Source of the DNA: an uncultured bacterium
GTDB taxonomy: Bacteria > Babelota > Babeliae > Babelales > Babelaceae
Assembly (NCBI GenBank): GCA_963722385.1
Contig: CAVRKK010000002.1
Location: 320,001 to 384,000, forward strand
Direction of reading: 5' to 3'
Length of the DNA stretch: 64,000 bases
This document shows positions 42,801 to 51,882 of the stretch, piece by piece (the first letter of the stretch is position 1; each line of letters begins with the position of its first letter). The notes beneath the pieces are model-generated. The model was not told where the DNA came from and did not search any database. It saw only the letters and a list, made by a program, of their open reading frames with translations. The position numbers and the translations under genes were made by a program.

Positions 42801-45181
42801 TTGCCTCTATTCACCGACTTGCCAGTTCGGCAAGCACTGCTGACACCCTTGCAAGCACAACGATGATGGGTATTGAGGCTTTGCGCTTGTTTAATCAGTA
42901 CAAGCAGAAAGAAGGAAGCACCGGCAAGTTCTTGGCCGTGCGGTTGGGTATTGCCGATGCACAAGGCTCCTTCGCGCCTGATTTATATTTCAATATTGCA
43001 CATGATACCATACGCCGCGAGCAAACCATTACGGTGCCGAGCCATATTTCTGGTCAAGAAGTCCATATCGAGAGTGGCGATGATGTTCAGCTTGACGGAA
43101 CAACCCTAGAAGCCGAGAAAGCAACCATTAAGGGACAGAACTTCCAAGCAACTGCAGCACAACATACGGTCACCGTTAATCAACAATCACAAAGTGTTGG
43201 TGTAACGCTTAGTGGTACCGTTGACGCATCAAAGCAGACAAGCACTTCATATACGGTGACGCATGATAATGCGCAGATAAACGCCGATACCATCGTCATT
43301 GATGTCAAGAATGCAGAGCTCAAAGGAGCCCGGGTACAGGGCATCTCTACAACCATTAATGTTGAGCATAACCTGATGGTGGAATCAGTTGAGGATACGC
43401 ACTATAGCTTTTCGAGCGGTGCTAGTGCCTATGTTGGTTCAGCGGCTGGTGGCGCATATTATGCTCAAAAAGAGACCTATGAACATAAAGTTAGCCAAGC
43501 TTCAGGTATTGAGGGCACCGAGCATCTTGAGGTGCACGTCGGCGATACGATAGATCTCACGGGCGCTTATATAAGCAGTGACTCAACCAACGCCACCGTC
43601 AAAGCTCGCCACCTCGCTTCTGAAGATATTCATGAAGGCAAAGAAACGCGCGGCTTTAGTGTTGGTGGTAGCTTTATACCTAATGGTGATGACCTTGGTC
43701 TCTATGGCATGATCGATGGGCGCTATACTTCTAAGTCGAAAGACGGTATTACACGGGCAACCATTTCCGAAAACATAGACCTTGATATTTTGGGTGCCGC
43801 GATTGCCGAGTTAAATCGCAATATGCGCATGATGCAAGAGACATATGTTGAAGATGAAACAGTTATGCGCTTGGTGATACCAATCATCAACCCGTCAAAG
43901 TTTGCCCAGAAGATGCAGCGCATTAAAGAGTTATTTGCTGAAGACGGCAATAACCTCGACGCCATCAATCAAACAATGAAAGAGGCTGCAGCGGAACAAC
44001 GAGAAGAGATTAAGCAGCAAGCGCGGGATGCTGAGGAGAAGCTTCTTAACGAGTTCCTTGAGCAGAAAAAGAAGCAGGGAGAGCCGTTTACGTCACATGA
44101 AGCAGAGTTCGCCGAAAACATGGCATCAGGGCAGCCTGCAGAAAAAAGTGAAGATCTCAAGGACGTGCTCAGGGAAAATTTTGATCAAAAATATCCTGGT
44201 ACCGAGGGATACGCTGCACAACGTGAGGATGAGGACCTCGAAGAGATTAATCTCGATGACCAAGCAGGTGAGCGAACTTGGGAACAGCCGGTTGAATCAG
44301 CCGCATCAGAAGAAACAGCAGATTTCGTAGAACTAAACGACTTGTATGACATCTATGAGTTCAACAGGCAAGACGGTGATACTACCATAACAACAGATGT
44401 TGCTCAAGATTCACCGGGAATGGACGATCAGGAATCATCGGATGCTTCAGACGTTGCTGAACAAATTTACCAAGAGCTTGAAGATATTTGCGAATCGCAG
44501 GCGAACCAAGAAATGCTCTATGATGAGTCACCCTCATTCGTTCGACCATTCTTATCGACCATGCTCGACTTCGTACCGATTGTAGGCAACGTTAAATCTG
44601 CCGCTGAGCTTGGCCTTGGCCGGGATTATATAGGAGGACAAGATATTGGCTATGGCGAACGCGCCTTGCGCACCGCTGCTGTTATATTTCCCTATGTAAA
44701 ACACTTAAAATTTGTTAGAACAGTACTGTGGCCCGTCAAATTCTTGGCAAACAAGACAGGCAAGAAACTAAAAAATCTGAAAGATAAGGCGGCTTCTGCC
44801 ATCCTAAGGCCATTGGCAATAAATGCTGCTCGCCTGGGTTTTATCGAGCTTGGTGGAGAAGCTGGCCATATCGCAACAAAAGAAGCCGCCGAAAAAATTG
44901 CTGCTGCATTTAAAGGAGCAACTCTAAAAGGAGCTCAAGGAAAAGGATGGAAGGTCAAGATTCCAAACGGGAAAAAGGAATTTACTGTTAGAATTATGGA
45001 AGCCGGCTCTGGTGGGAGAATGGAACCTTATTTTAGGATTGGCATCAGTGGCGAATCAGCTTTAACTTCAGCCGGACAGCTTATGGCAGATCCTAAATTA
45101 ACTCACTTCGATTTGACAAGTAATTATCTTATCCAAATTCAAGAAATGATTTCACAATACAAGATAAGGTATAAAAAATGA
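39866..45181 (+). CDS. Haemagglutinin-repeat polymorphic toxin 2
   Basis: Close paralogue of 17429 with a divergent tip of the same family. Confidence 0.85.
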   Translation: MFIKAFIRHALVSIFSLLAIIFCRASTEPREGYHVIITRDEPASRHIPKLRGQESPEKATHCKIMKNGEQIAQADVVHEVRGKFKQTEMAKPFSLIDARNLQIRFQEGDNCFHLSVDLKGDIAIHQLEMADSFSLEVSGSSSITNQTPISLKKDLAITMPRGVFWSGSKAHWHVGGQADLSFEEGAVAIWGSFDSTGDLRIKANRYTQPYGKAQRTEGNRYRATNSNGYPWTCVEYDMVSPKRSLVRSQGNISLTANHVGIYGGILHAKENIIADIDQKFELLTQCNDHKRCETYKEDTGWIFKNMVTRAVADYFESCDDVAILQAGKDFKLMLQGQPVKIHDIKHYPAFESTGQIVIGQEAHVSSSNKQGVMHNHKSDVDDLRSYGPISLSFAQFIDPTTTILCNDPRFIFTHPSQKESTEEWQPGNELAFFHGTTLNKPAMLLSFSSQVEILSRLLFELGLPALGGEGDFATQLRELQRAGYLVALVNGRKIGNMKKREPLPRGHNKPRKSLKDQPQETKVELAEEEKQELARLLKRYSHKINGYPSWLKSKMTDVQEGQNLGILTQELIHELPFSFIYYQVQKFDGVDCLVPVLHVCAADRDANKRMGSFLAHDVTIDKMHRVVNKGMIRAINRVKIQADTIINKANKVKKYSVRTPLEGGDIIGFDIELEVPQDAVGKAGIKNIGGSIVGKQKVSLYAKQGDITNTVLLGSHTVTWDPGFFGRLFGHQSSSEIVDFYPGNITSEGNIELISETGKLFNEGSKIIGAQNVQLKAYGDAVFKTLTNKHTSYSGTSLQGFSVKQVVKEAMTMERSEIGAGKNLTVESTNGSIKSYGASFTAIRDALFKAKKSNDLAVVTTTLKGEQKQLGLNLFGLYATSKKHLKDHIVKTEINVGGKVTFESGEDNVLEAVVVYAGQSIHLIAKRNNIIKGAKERSSSMTDSWSFGVTFFGSDALGLLADEEYRRALWALNDEDPLLASIHRLASSASTADTLASTTMMGIEALRLFNQYKQKEGSTGKFLAVRLGIADAQGSFAPDLYFNIAHDTIRREQTITVPSHISGQEVHIESGDDVQLDGTTLEAEKATIKGQNFQATAAQHTVTVNQQSQSVGVTLSGTVDASKQTSTSYTVTHDNAQINADTIVIDVKNAELKGARVQGISTTINVEHNLMVESVEDTHYSFSSGASAYVGSAAGGAYYAQKETYEHKVSQASGIEGTEHLEVHVGDTIDLTGAYISSDSTNATVKARHLASEDIHEGKETRGFSVGGSFIPNGDDLGLYGMIDGRYTSKSKDGITRATISENIDLDILGAAIAELNRNMRMMQETYVEDETVMRLVIPIINPSKFAQKMQRIKELFAEDGNNLDAINQTMKEAAAEQREEIKQQARDAEEKLLNEFLEQKKKQGEPFTSHEAEFAENMASGQPAEKSEDLKDVLRENFDQKYPGTEGYAAQREDEDLEEINLDDQAGERTWEQPVESAASEETADFVELNDLYDIYEFNRQDGDTTITTDVAQDSPGMDDQESSDASDVAEQIYQELEDICESQANQEMLYDESPSFVRPFLSTMLDFVPIVGNVKSAAELGLGRDYIGGQDIGYGERALRTAAVIFPYVKHLKFVRTVLWPVKFLANKTGKKLKNLKDKAASAILRPLAINAARLGFIELGGEAGHIATKEAAEKIAAAFKGATLKGAQGKGWKVKIPNGKKEFTVRIMEAGSGGRMEPYFRIGISGESALTSAGQLMADPKLTHFDLTSNYLIQIQEMISQYKIRYKK

Positions 45182-45639
45182 ACAATTTAAATCTAACTAA
45201 TGAACTAAATAAACTTTGGGAAGGCAGAATTCTAAATCTTGAGTTTGATATCCTTCACCATAAAATTAAGTTCAAAATAAAAGTATATAGACCAGGAACA
45301 AGGGATGAACAATTTGATATCTATAACGTTGTTTTTTCTGGGGTTTCATCTTTTTACTTTTTGCAAAATACAGATGAAGATAGATTTAGGACATATGATC
45401 CAGATCCGGGAGATACAACGGAACTGACCACCATAGGTTACTATAAAGATGGTATTGGAAAAATTAAAATCGTGACTCGTGAGGGAGATGAAGATGCTGG
45501 ATGGGCAAGCCAGTGGTACTCATCGGCAAATTTTGCCCTAGAGCTCGATCCATCAGCATTATTTATCGAAGCCAGAAGTATAACCATAAATGATAAAACC
45601 TATGAGGTAGGCTATCCCCTAGATGAAGGAGGTTTGTAA
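45178..45639 (+). CDS. Cognate YxiG-like immunity protein
   Basis: ATGA overlap with toxin 2; protein identical to 27316. Confidence 0.8.
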   Translation: MNNLNLTNELNKLWEGRILNLEFDILHHKIKFKIKVYRPGTRDEQFDIYNVVFSGVSSFYFLQNTDEDRFRTYDPDPGDTTELTTIGYYKDGIGKIKIVTREGDEDAGWASQWYSSANFALELDPSALFIEARSITINDKTYEVGYPLDEGGL

Positions 45640-45816
45640 CGTCCAATAAAACGAGCTTCTGACTATTACATGCTTCATTTTGTTGGTATCTGACAAAAAA
45701 TCTGTTATTATCAGAAATAATATCGCTAGATTATTTAAAAAATTGCCAAATGCTAATAAACATGCTAGTTTGATGGATATATTTATCTTTTATTATATAA
45801 AACTGAAAGGACTTTT

Positions 45817-46617
45817 ATGGACATGAGAAGTCTTAGAATCACAGGCCTGTCTCTCGTACTCGCTCTTGGTAGCTGGCAAGCAACCGCGATGGAAGCTCCT
45901 GGTCACGAATCGAGCAGCGATGAGGAAACAAGCGCAAAAGAATACTCCCCCGAGGAAGCGGAACAGGGCAGAAAGCTTATCCAAGCGATTCATTTTGAAG
46001 AGACGGATCTTATTTATGCCTTAATTGGCGCAACGCCAGCTATCATTAACTACCAAGACCCAGAAACGGGCAATACACCACTTTTAGAAGCAATGGAAGT
46101 CTCTAGCCGTCCAATAATTAAGCTTCTCATTCAAAAAGGTGCTGATCCTTCGATAAAAAACGCTCAAGGCTTTCCGCCAGTTTTCATTGTTCTTAAGAAG
46201 TGGAGTGAACGTGAAGAGCTTTTAAGGGTACTGATTTCTTATAATATACAAGCTTGTGACGCACGTGGTCCTAATGGCCAAACAGCATTGCAATACGCTG
46301 TTGAACATAATTTACCCGAAACAGATGTCCTCTTGCGTTTATGGGCTGATATTAATGCGCAAGATGACAGAGGATGGACGGCTTTGCACTATGCTGTGGC
46401 ACAAGGCAAGAGCATAGCCGTAAAATATTTGATTGAACAAGGTGCCAACCCTAATATCCGGAGCTTTGATGGCGACGGAAATCGTACAGCTGATATGGTT
46501 ATTAATCCTGATACAGCAGGGAGAAGAGGTCCTATTATGGCGAGGGCCATCTTGGCAGCCCAACAAAGCTATGGAAAAGGATGGTTTAGCAGTATTAGAA
46601 GCCTCGTTGGTTTGTAA
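45817..46617 (+). CDS. Signal-peptide ankyrin-repeat protein (family A, copy 4)
   Basis: Paralogue of 57..860. Confidence 0.92.
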   Translation: MDMRSLRITGLSLVLALGSWQATAMEAPGHESSSDEETSAKEYSPEEAEQGRKLIQAIHFEETDLIYALIGATPAIINYQDPETGNTPLLEAMEVSSRPIIKLLIQKGADPSIKNAQGFPPVFIVLKKWSEREELLRVLISYNIQACDARGPNGQTALQYAVEHNLPETDVLLRLWADINAQDDRGWTALHYAVAQGKSIAVKYLIEQGANPNIRSFDGDGNRTADMVINPDTAGRRGPIMARAILAAQQSYGKGWFSSIRSLVGL

Positions 46618-46643
46618 TTTACTTCAGGTCTTAGTTAATCTTT

Positions 46644-46670
46644 AAGCCAGCACCTTGTGCTGGCTTTTTT
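46644..46670 (+). terminator. Intrinsic terminator
   Basis: AAGCCAGCAC / GTGCTGGCTT stem followed by a T run. Confidence 0.75.
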
Positions 46671-46741
46671 ATTTATATTGCAATTCATGATACATATTAA
46701 TTATAATTATTTTAAATAGCAAATTAAATCAGGAGTAAGTA

Positions 46742-49700
46742 ATGAAGCAGCTAAACGTAATTTGCGTTTCAGCTTTCTTATGTTGCAGTTTCCTTGTTCC
46801 TCTAGCATATGCCCAAGAAGGTGAAATTCCAGAAGAGCTATCGGCTAGGAAGGCTCACTTAGAAAAGGAACAAGGACAACTTGAGCAAGAATTACTTTTA
46901 GCTCAACGAGAAAACAACCCAGAAGAAATTTCAGCTATTACAAGCCAGCAAAATCAGGTTGCTCAACAGCTTAAAGAAGTAGCTCAAGAGGAATTACAAG
47001 CAGTTCCTGTTATCTCCCCACCAATACCATCTGACCAAGTGCCAATTGTAGTCACGAAAGCGAAAACTATTACTGAACAAAATGTTCTTCAGGCATCTGA
47101 TATAACAAGCTGGCAAAAAGCTTGGGAAGCATTTGCTGAACAACCTGGCAAGCTTTGGGGCAAAGGTGGCGCTTTGTTCACAGCGGTTCCTGCTGAAGAG
47201 AGAGCTCAAAATATGATTAAAATTATAGAGAAATTGCCTGAAAGCTTTAGCGCTAATCAAACTATTGATGCTCTTTCTTTTATAGCTCAGCAAGCCTTGG
47301 ACATGAAAAATAAGAATTATTTTACGCCTGGCGAGGCTGACCATGATTATGGCCAAATAATGAGAGCTTTATCTAATCAGCTAGGCCAAGTTATCGAAGA
47401 CAGCCAGTTTAAAAATCATGACCCTGAGCAAGTGAATAAATTGCTTATAACGATTCTCAAAAAAATTAAGGTAGCTCCTCAATTTAAAAATTCAATAGAA
47501 GTTATGATTGCTCGTAAAATAATTGATTACTTAGAGACTGCTGGATTTAAACAAGGGACCTCAAATGTTTTACAAAGTTTTACCGACATAGTAAATGATT
47601 ACTTGGAAATCTTGAATGGTGTTGCTTTATCCGAAATTCATAATCACGCGATTCAGAATGCTTTGGTGGAAATCATTGAAAAGAGAACAGAGCCTCTTGC
47701 TGACCTATCTTTTGAGCAGGGACTAAAGATTCTTTTTGAGATGGCCGAAGATAAAGATGCCAAAGCATTATCCAAAAAGATGCCACAGCTTTCCCATATA
47801 TTTGTTATTACTGCGAATCGACTTTTATCGAACGAATTAAGCAATCATAGTTTAACACGCGATATTTCACCGCTTACGCAACCTGGCCAAACAGAAGAGC
47901 AGAAAGAAGCATTATACCTGAATGCTTATGTTAAAGAAGTGGACTTGCTCAATAAATATTTAATTTTTACCAAGAAGAATGGCGCCAGCAAAACAGACCC
48001 AGAATTTCAAGCAGCGGCACGAAGGCTTTCTCGCGTTAACGATTTTATGAATGAACAAAAGGATTTGCCAGAAACACAAGCCAATAAGCAACTTTTTAAC
48101 AAGCTCAATAAGGCTATTTTTAAGGTGCTCGACACGCTGGTCGATGAAGGCGGCATCATGGGTGTTCTCGAGCATGATACAGAATTTGAGTCAAAAGAAG
48201 AGGAACAAAGCAAGCTTTTCAATCGGCTGTCTGCGCTTCCTGAAGATATGCTCGCTGGGATGAATCAAGAAGCTACCAGCGTACTTGAACAAATGAGCAA
48301 AACTACTGACCCAAAAAAGCTCAAAGAGCTTTATGATAACTTAGAAGCTATCTATGTGAATCTCACCGAGCCACTAATCGAAGAGAAGGGTAAAAGCTAT
48401 GGCTTAAAAGATTTGCTTACTGAATCGGCTGATCTTGCAAACTTAAGTAAGCTTACCGAACAAATCGAAAAAGCCCTTGGGCCTCGAAAAGAAGTACTCC
48501 AAAAGAATGTTAAGCGCCTCGTAACGATAAGAGACCGCTTTAATGAAATATTGCCAGAGCTTAAAGAATCTTCTCTTGCAAATATCACCGCCCATGGCAA
48601 AGAACTTGGTCAGCAAAAACAGGATCTTGAGAAAATAACAGAATATGCAGTACCCGAAGGGATGGTGCCAGAGTTTCAACGTACCTATGGGCAGGTAGAG
48701 GCATGGACGGACATCATCGACGCAGCTGAAGCATATAAAGCGTTAACTAGTGCGCCTGCTCAATTAACCGAGCAAGAAAAAGCAACTATTGGCCAAGTGT
48801 ATGTAACCGTAACCAAAGCTTTTGCTGGCATTCCTGTTTCTCTCGATTATGATCAAGAAAAAATATTTACCGATCGTCTTGAGGCTATGAAGAAGCAACA
48901 AGAAGCATTGGATAAGCTTACGAGTCTCGTGCGTGAGCCAAAAGCAACGATTGATGGCAAAGAGTACGATTTGCTGCAGGTTGCGGGCTTTATTAAAAAG
49001 CTTGCTTATCGTTTTGAGAAACTTTCGTCACAGCAGCTTGATGATTTAGAAAAAAGTGGCTTTTTGATTCATGACGTACGAGAGGGTCAAACATATTATA
49101 GGCCAAGTGATCGTGGCCTTTATTTAGTCAGCATTGCTGATACGCTTAATGACGTTGAACGCCGCGCAAAGCAGCTTGATGAATATCAAAAGCAGCATGC
49201 TTCTGGTATAGAGCCAAGCCTTCAGAGACTCAGCCCTACGGGGCGACCTATCGAAATTGCAGAGGCTTATAGACTGCAGTTGCTTATTCTTGATGATCAG
49301 GTTGATGTTCTTCAGTATCTCTATCGTAGAAACATTCTCGAGAACAAGGTTGAAGAAGCAGTTTCTGGTGTTGTTAATACTACTGCTATCAATAACCCGC
49401 CGCCACTGGCCAAAATTGATAAAACAGAATTGCTCAATGATATAAGTGATTTGCTCTCCGTAGCACGTGCCGAGTTAAGAAAGGAATCAGTCAATCCCTA
49501 TTTTGAGTCACTTGTTGAAAGTGAAGCTTATATTGAGTCGTTACCTCAAAAAGAGCAGGCGGAAGCACGCAAGGCAGCTGGCTTAACAACCTGGATTATG
49601 CGCATTATTGGCCTCTCTGATCCTGAGGCAGTTTTTACCGCTGATGAGGCAACTATTACTGAAGAGGTCAAAGATATCTATACCAAGTTGAAAAGTGTTG

Positions 49701-50803
49701 TTAATGCCAGCTTAGCCGATCTTGCTGCTCGCTGGAAGCAAGCGGTGATTGCAGGCAAAGAGACAGCCAGTAAAGTAGCATGGTACAGCGCAATCCCCGC
49801 CGCTGTTGTTGCTTTCTTTGCCACTAAAATAACGGTACAGGCGGGAGCGCCGATAATTGGCGGAACTATAGGCAGCGCCATTGGACCCGTAGGTACCGTA
49901 GCAGGCGCAACTATAGGAAGCATGGTGGGCGGTGTGACCGGCGACGTTGCTGCTCTCTTTACTGCTGCTGGTGCAGGAGCAAGCTTGTACCTCCTTTATG
50001 CAACCTTAAAGCCAACCGAGCAAGACTATGAAAAATTAAACGAGCTTCTTTTTAAAGCGGGCTATGTGCCTGAATATATTCAAAAAGACCCGGGACTTTG
50101 GAATAAGGCGGTGGAGAAAATGAAAAGCTTGTTTTCATCTGAGGTCACTAATATGGTCAGGAATGCAGAAAAAGTAAAAGAGGGCGTTGATCAAAAAATA
50201 GCTTGGGCCAATAAAGCACAAGAAGAGCTTTATGCGCAGCTTGGCCTTGAACCCAATGCGCGAGCCGCCGCGGTTGAAGCTGGCTTTAAGCAAAAGGATG
50301 AAGCGCTCAAAGGTCGGCTTTTCTTAAATCGCTGGCTTACCAAAAAGGACTTAACGCGAGACTACCGTCGTATGCTTAAGTGCCATATCGAAGCACGCCG
50401 TGCCCAAATAGAATATAACAGCGTTCTTGTCGACATAGCTACCAAAATTATGGCTGATGTAGCACGAGAAAATACCGGCATCCTTGACAATATCTGGAAT
50501 TTCATCTGGGGTGCTAAAGAGGGGACAGAAAAACCAACCGCGGACAAGCTGATCCAAATGGCGAGCGACACCATCGATGTGTACCGCCGCCAAGTGGCCG
50601 ATCTTATAGCTCTTGAAGCAATGATTGAAAAGGAGGCGGGGGACATTGGCAAAGCTGATCCTTTTGGCAAAGGAAACACGTTAATTGACGCCTTTAGAGA
50701 TCAATTTAATAGCAGGGTTAGCAACTTAGAAACCTCATATGTCGACAATGTTAATCTTCTGCTTGAGTCTCAAGGTAAAAAAACGCTCAGCCTGCCTACC
50801 TAA
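46742..50803 (+). CDS. Giant secreted coiled-coil protein with Gly-rich hydrophobic hairpin (family A, copy 2)
   Basis: Close paralogue of 28882. Confidence 0.85.
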   Translation: MKQLNVICVSAFLCCSFLVPLAYAQEGEIPEELSARKAHLEKEQGQLEQELLLAQRENNPEEISAITSQQNQVAQQLKEVAQEELQAVPVISPPIPSDQVPIVVTKAKTITEQNVLQASDITSWQKAWEAFAEQPGKLWGKGGALFTAVPAEERAQNMIKIIEKLPESFSANQTIDALSFIAQQALDMKNKNYFTPGEADHDYGQIMRALSNQLGQVIEDSQFKNHDPEQVNKLLITILKKIKVAPQFKNSIEVMIARKIIDYLETAGFKQGTSNVLQSFTDIVNDYLEILNGVALSEIHNHAIQNALVEIIEKRTEPLADLSFEQGLKILFEMAEDKDAKALSKKMPQLSHIFVITANRLLSNELSNHSLTRDISPLTQPGQTEEQKEALYLNAYVKEVDLLNKYLIFTKKNGASKTDPEFQAAARRLSRVNDFMNEQKDLPETQANKQLFNKLNKAIFKVLDTLVDEGGIMGVLEHDTEFESKEEEQSKLFNRLSALPEDMLAGMNQEATSVLEQMSKTTDPKKLKELYDNLEAIYVNLTEPLIEEKGKSYGLKDLLTESADLANLSKLTEQIEKALGPRKEVLQKNVKRLVTIRDRFNEILPELKESSLANITAHGKELGQQKQDLEKITEYAVPEGMVPEFQRTYGQVEAWTDIIDAAEAYKALTSAPAQLTEQEKATIGQVYVTVTKAFAGIPVSLDYDQEKIFTDRLEAMKKQQEALDKLTSLVREPKATIDGKEYDLLQVAGFIKKLAYRFEKLSSQQLDDLEKSGFLIHDVREGQTYYRPSDRGLYLVSIADTLNDVERRAKQLDEYQKQHASGIEPSLQRLSPTGRPIEIAEAYRLQLLILDDQVDVLQYLYRRNILENKVEEAVSGVVNTTAINNPPPLAKIDKTELLNDISDLLSVARAELRKESVNPYFESLVESEAYIESLPQKEQAEARKAAGLTTWIMRIIGLSDPEAVFTADEATITEEVKDIYTKLKSVVNASLADLAARWKQAVIAGKETASKVAWYSAIPAAVVAFFATKITVQAGAPIIGGTIGSAIGPVGTVAGATIGSMVGGVTGDVAALFTAAGAGASLYLLYATLKPTEQDYEKLNELLFKAGYVPEYIQKDPGLWNKAVEKMKSLFSSEVTNMVRNAEKVKEGVDQKIAWANKAQEELYAQLGLEPNARAAAVEAGFKQKDEALKGRLFLNRWLTKKDLTRDYRRMLKCHIEARRAQIEYNSVLVDIATKIMADVARENTGILDNIWNFIWGAKEGTEKPTADKLIQMASDTIDVYRRQVADLIALEAMIEKEAGDIGKADPFGKGNTLIDAFRDQFNSRVSNLETSYVDNVNLLLESQGKKTLSLPT

Positions 50804-50918
50804 AAAAATGTTTAAGAAAGGCTTTCTTTAGAGAATACTATTTTTTTAACTCTTAAAGGGGAGATGCGCTCATAACGCACCTCCCGGTAAGTTTTTACTG
50901 AATTTAGAATTTAGCTTC

Positions 50919-50986
50919 CTAGAGCTCTGCTGGAACTGGTGCTGTCGAATAATCCACCGAGCCACCCGTGCGATGACGGTTATCAA
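50919..50986 (-). pseudogene. 3' remnant (~22 codons) of beta-propeller gene
   Basis: Near-identical to 33003-33070 (RHRTGGSV.Y.TAPVPAEL*). Confidence 0.8.
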
Positions 50987-51213
50987 GGGCCGGTAGGTCA
51001 TCGTTGACCTGCCGATCCCTATGCACTAGGTATGAAGCTGCTCGAATCCGACGTAGTCTTTTCTAACTTCCTGAACACCTTAGCAGCACATAGAATGTGC
51101 CCTTCCAGGGAAGCGCCCACGCAAAGGTTGTAAATATTTATCTTTTTTTGCTACAATATAATTACGATTAATATTATATTAACTAAAAGAAAATTAAGTA
51201 TCAAGGAGGTACT

Positions 51214-51744
51214 ATGAAAAGAGAAAACAACGCTACCTATGCTGGCAAAAGCACATCAATCCTCTTCATTTCTTTAGCCTGCCTCAGTATCATAGGATCA
51301 TTGGCCAAGGGACGTTGTCCTTTAAAAGAATATTTTATTGATACCTTTAAAGAGAATAACATTAATAATGTAGGCAGAATTAATGTAGATCTACTAGTAA
51401 AGCTAGGTTGCGCTATATGCGGTAGAGATAAGGATGAGAATACTCTTCTTCATACTGCTGCTGTACTCGTAGAAAAACCAGCTGTTTCTAAGTTAATAAA
51501 GTTACATTGCGACGTTAACGCTCAAAATGATGTAGGAATGACTCCTTTGCATTTTGCTTTTATGCGCAAATACACAACAAAAGACAGACAATTAGCAAGC
51601 AAAGCTTCAGAAATAATCGATTTATTAGTTGGAGCAGGCGCTAACTTGAATCTGAAAAATAAGCTGGAACTGACTCCTCAAGAATTTGGCGAATTTACGA
51701 GTACCATGATGCCTGAATTCAACGAAAAAGAACTCTTTACCTAA
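51214..51744 (+). CDS. Ankyrin-repeat protein with N-terminal hydrophobic segment
   Basis: NTLLHTAA, DVNAQNDVGMTPLHFA, LVGAGANLNLKN; AGGAGG RBS. Confidence 0.88.
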   Translation: MKRENNATYAGKSTSILFISLACLSIIGSLAKGRCPLKEYFIDTFKENNINNVGRINVDLLVKLGCAICGRDKDENTLLHTAAVLVEKPAVSKLIKLHCDVNAQNDVGMTPLHFAFMRKYTTKDRQLASKASEIIDLLVGAGANLNLKNKLELTPQEFGEFTSTMMPEFNEKELFT

Positions 51745-51882
51745 ACATCCCCTTAACGCGTAAACTTTTAGGCAATGAGAGCCAGAGTTCTGGCTTTCAT
51801 TGCTTCCAACGTATCAAAAGAAAAATTAAACTAAGCAGAACACTATTAGGAAAATTAATATAGGTTCAAAAAAAGTCAGCCT

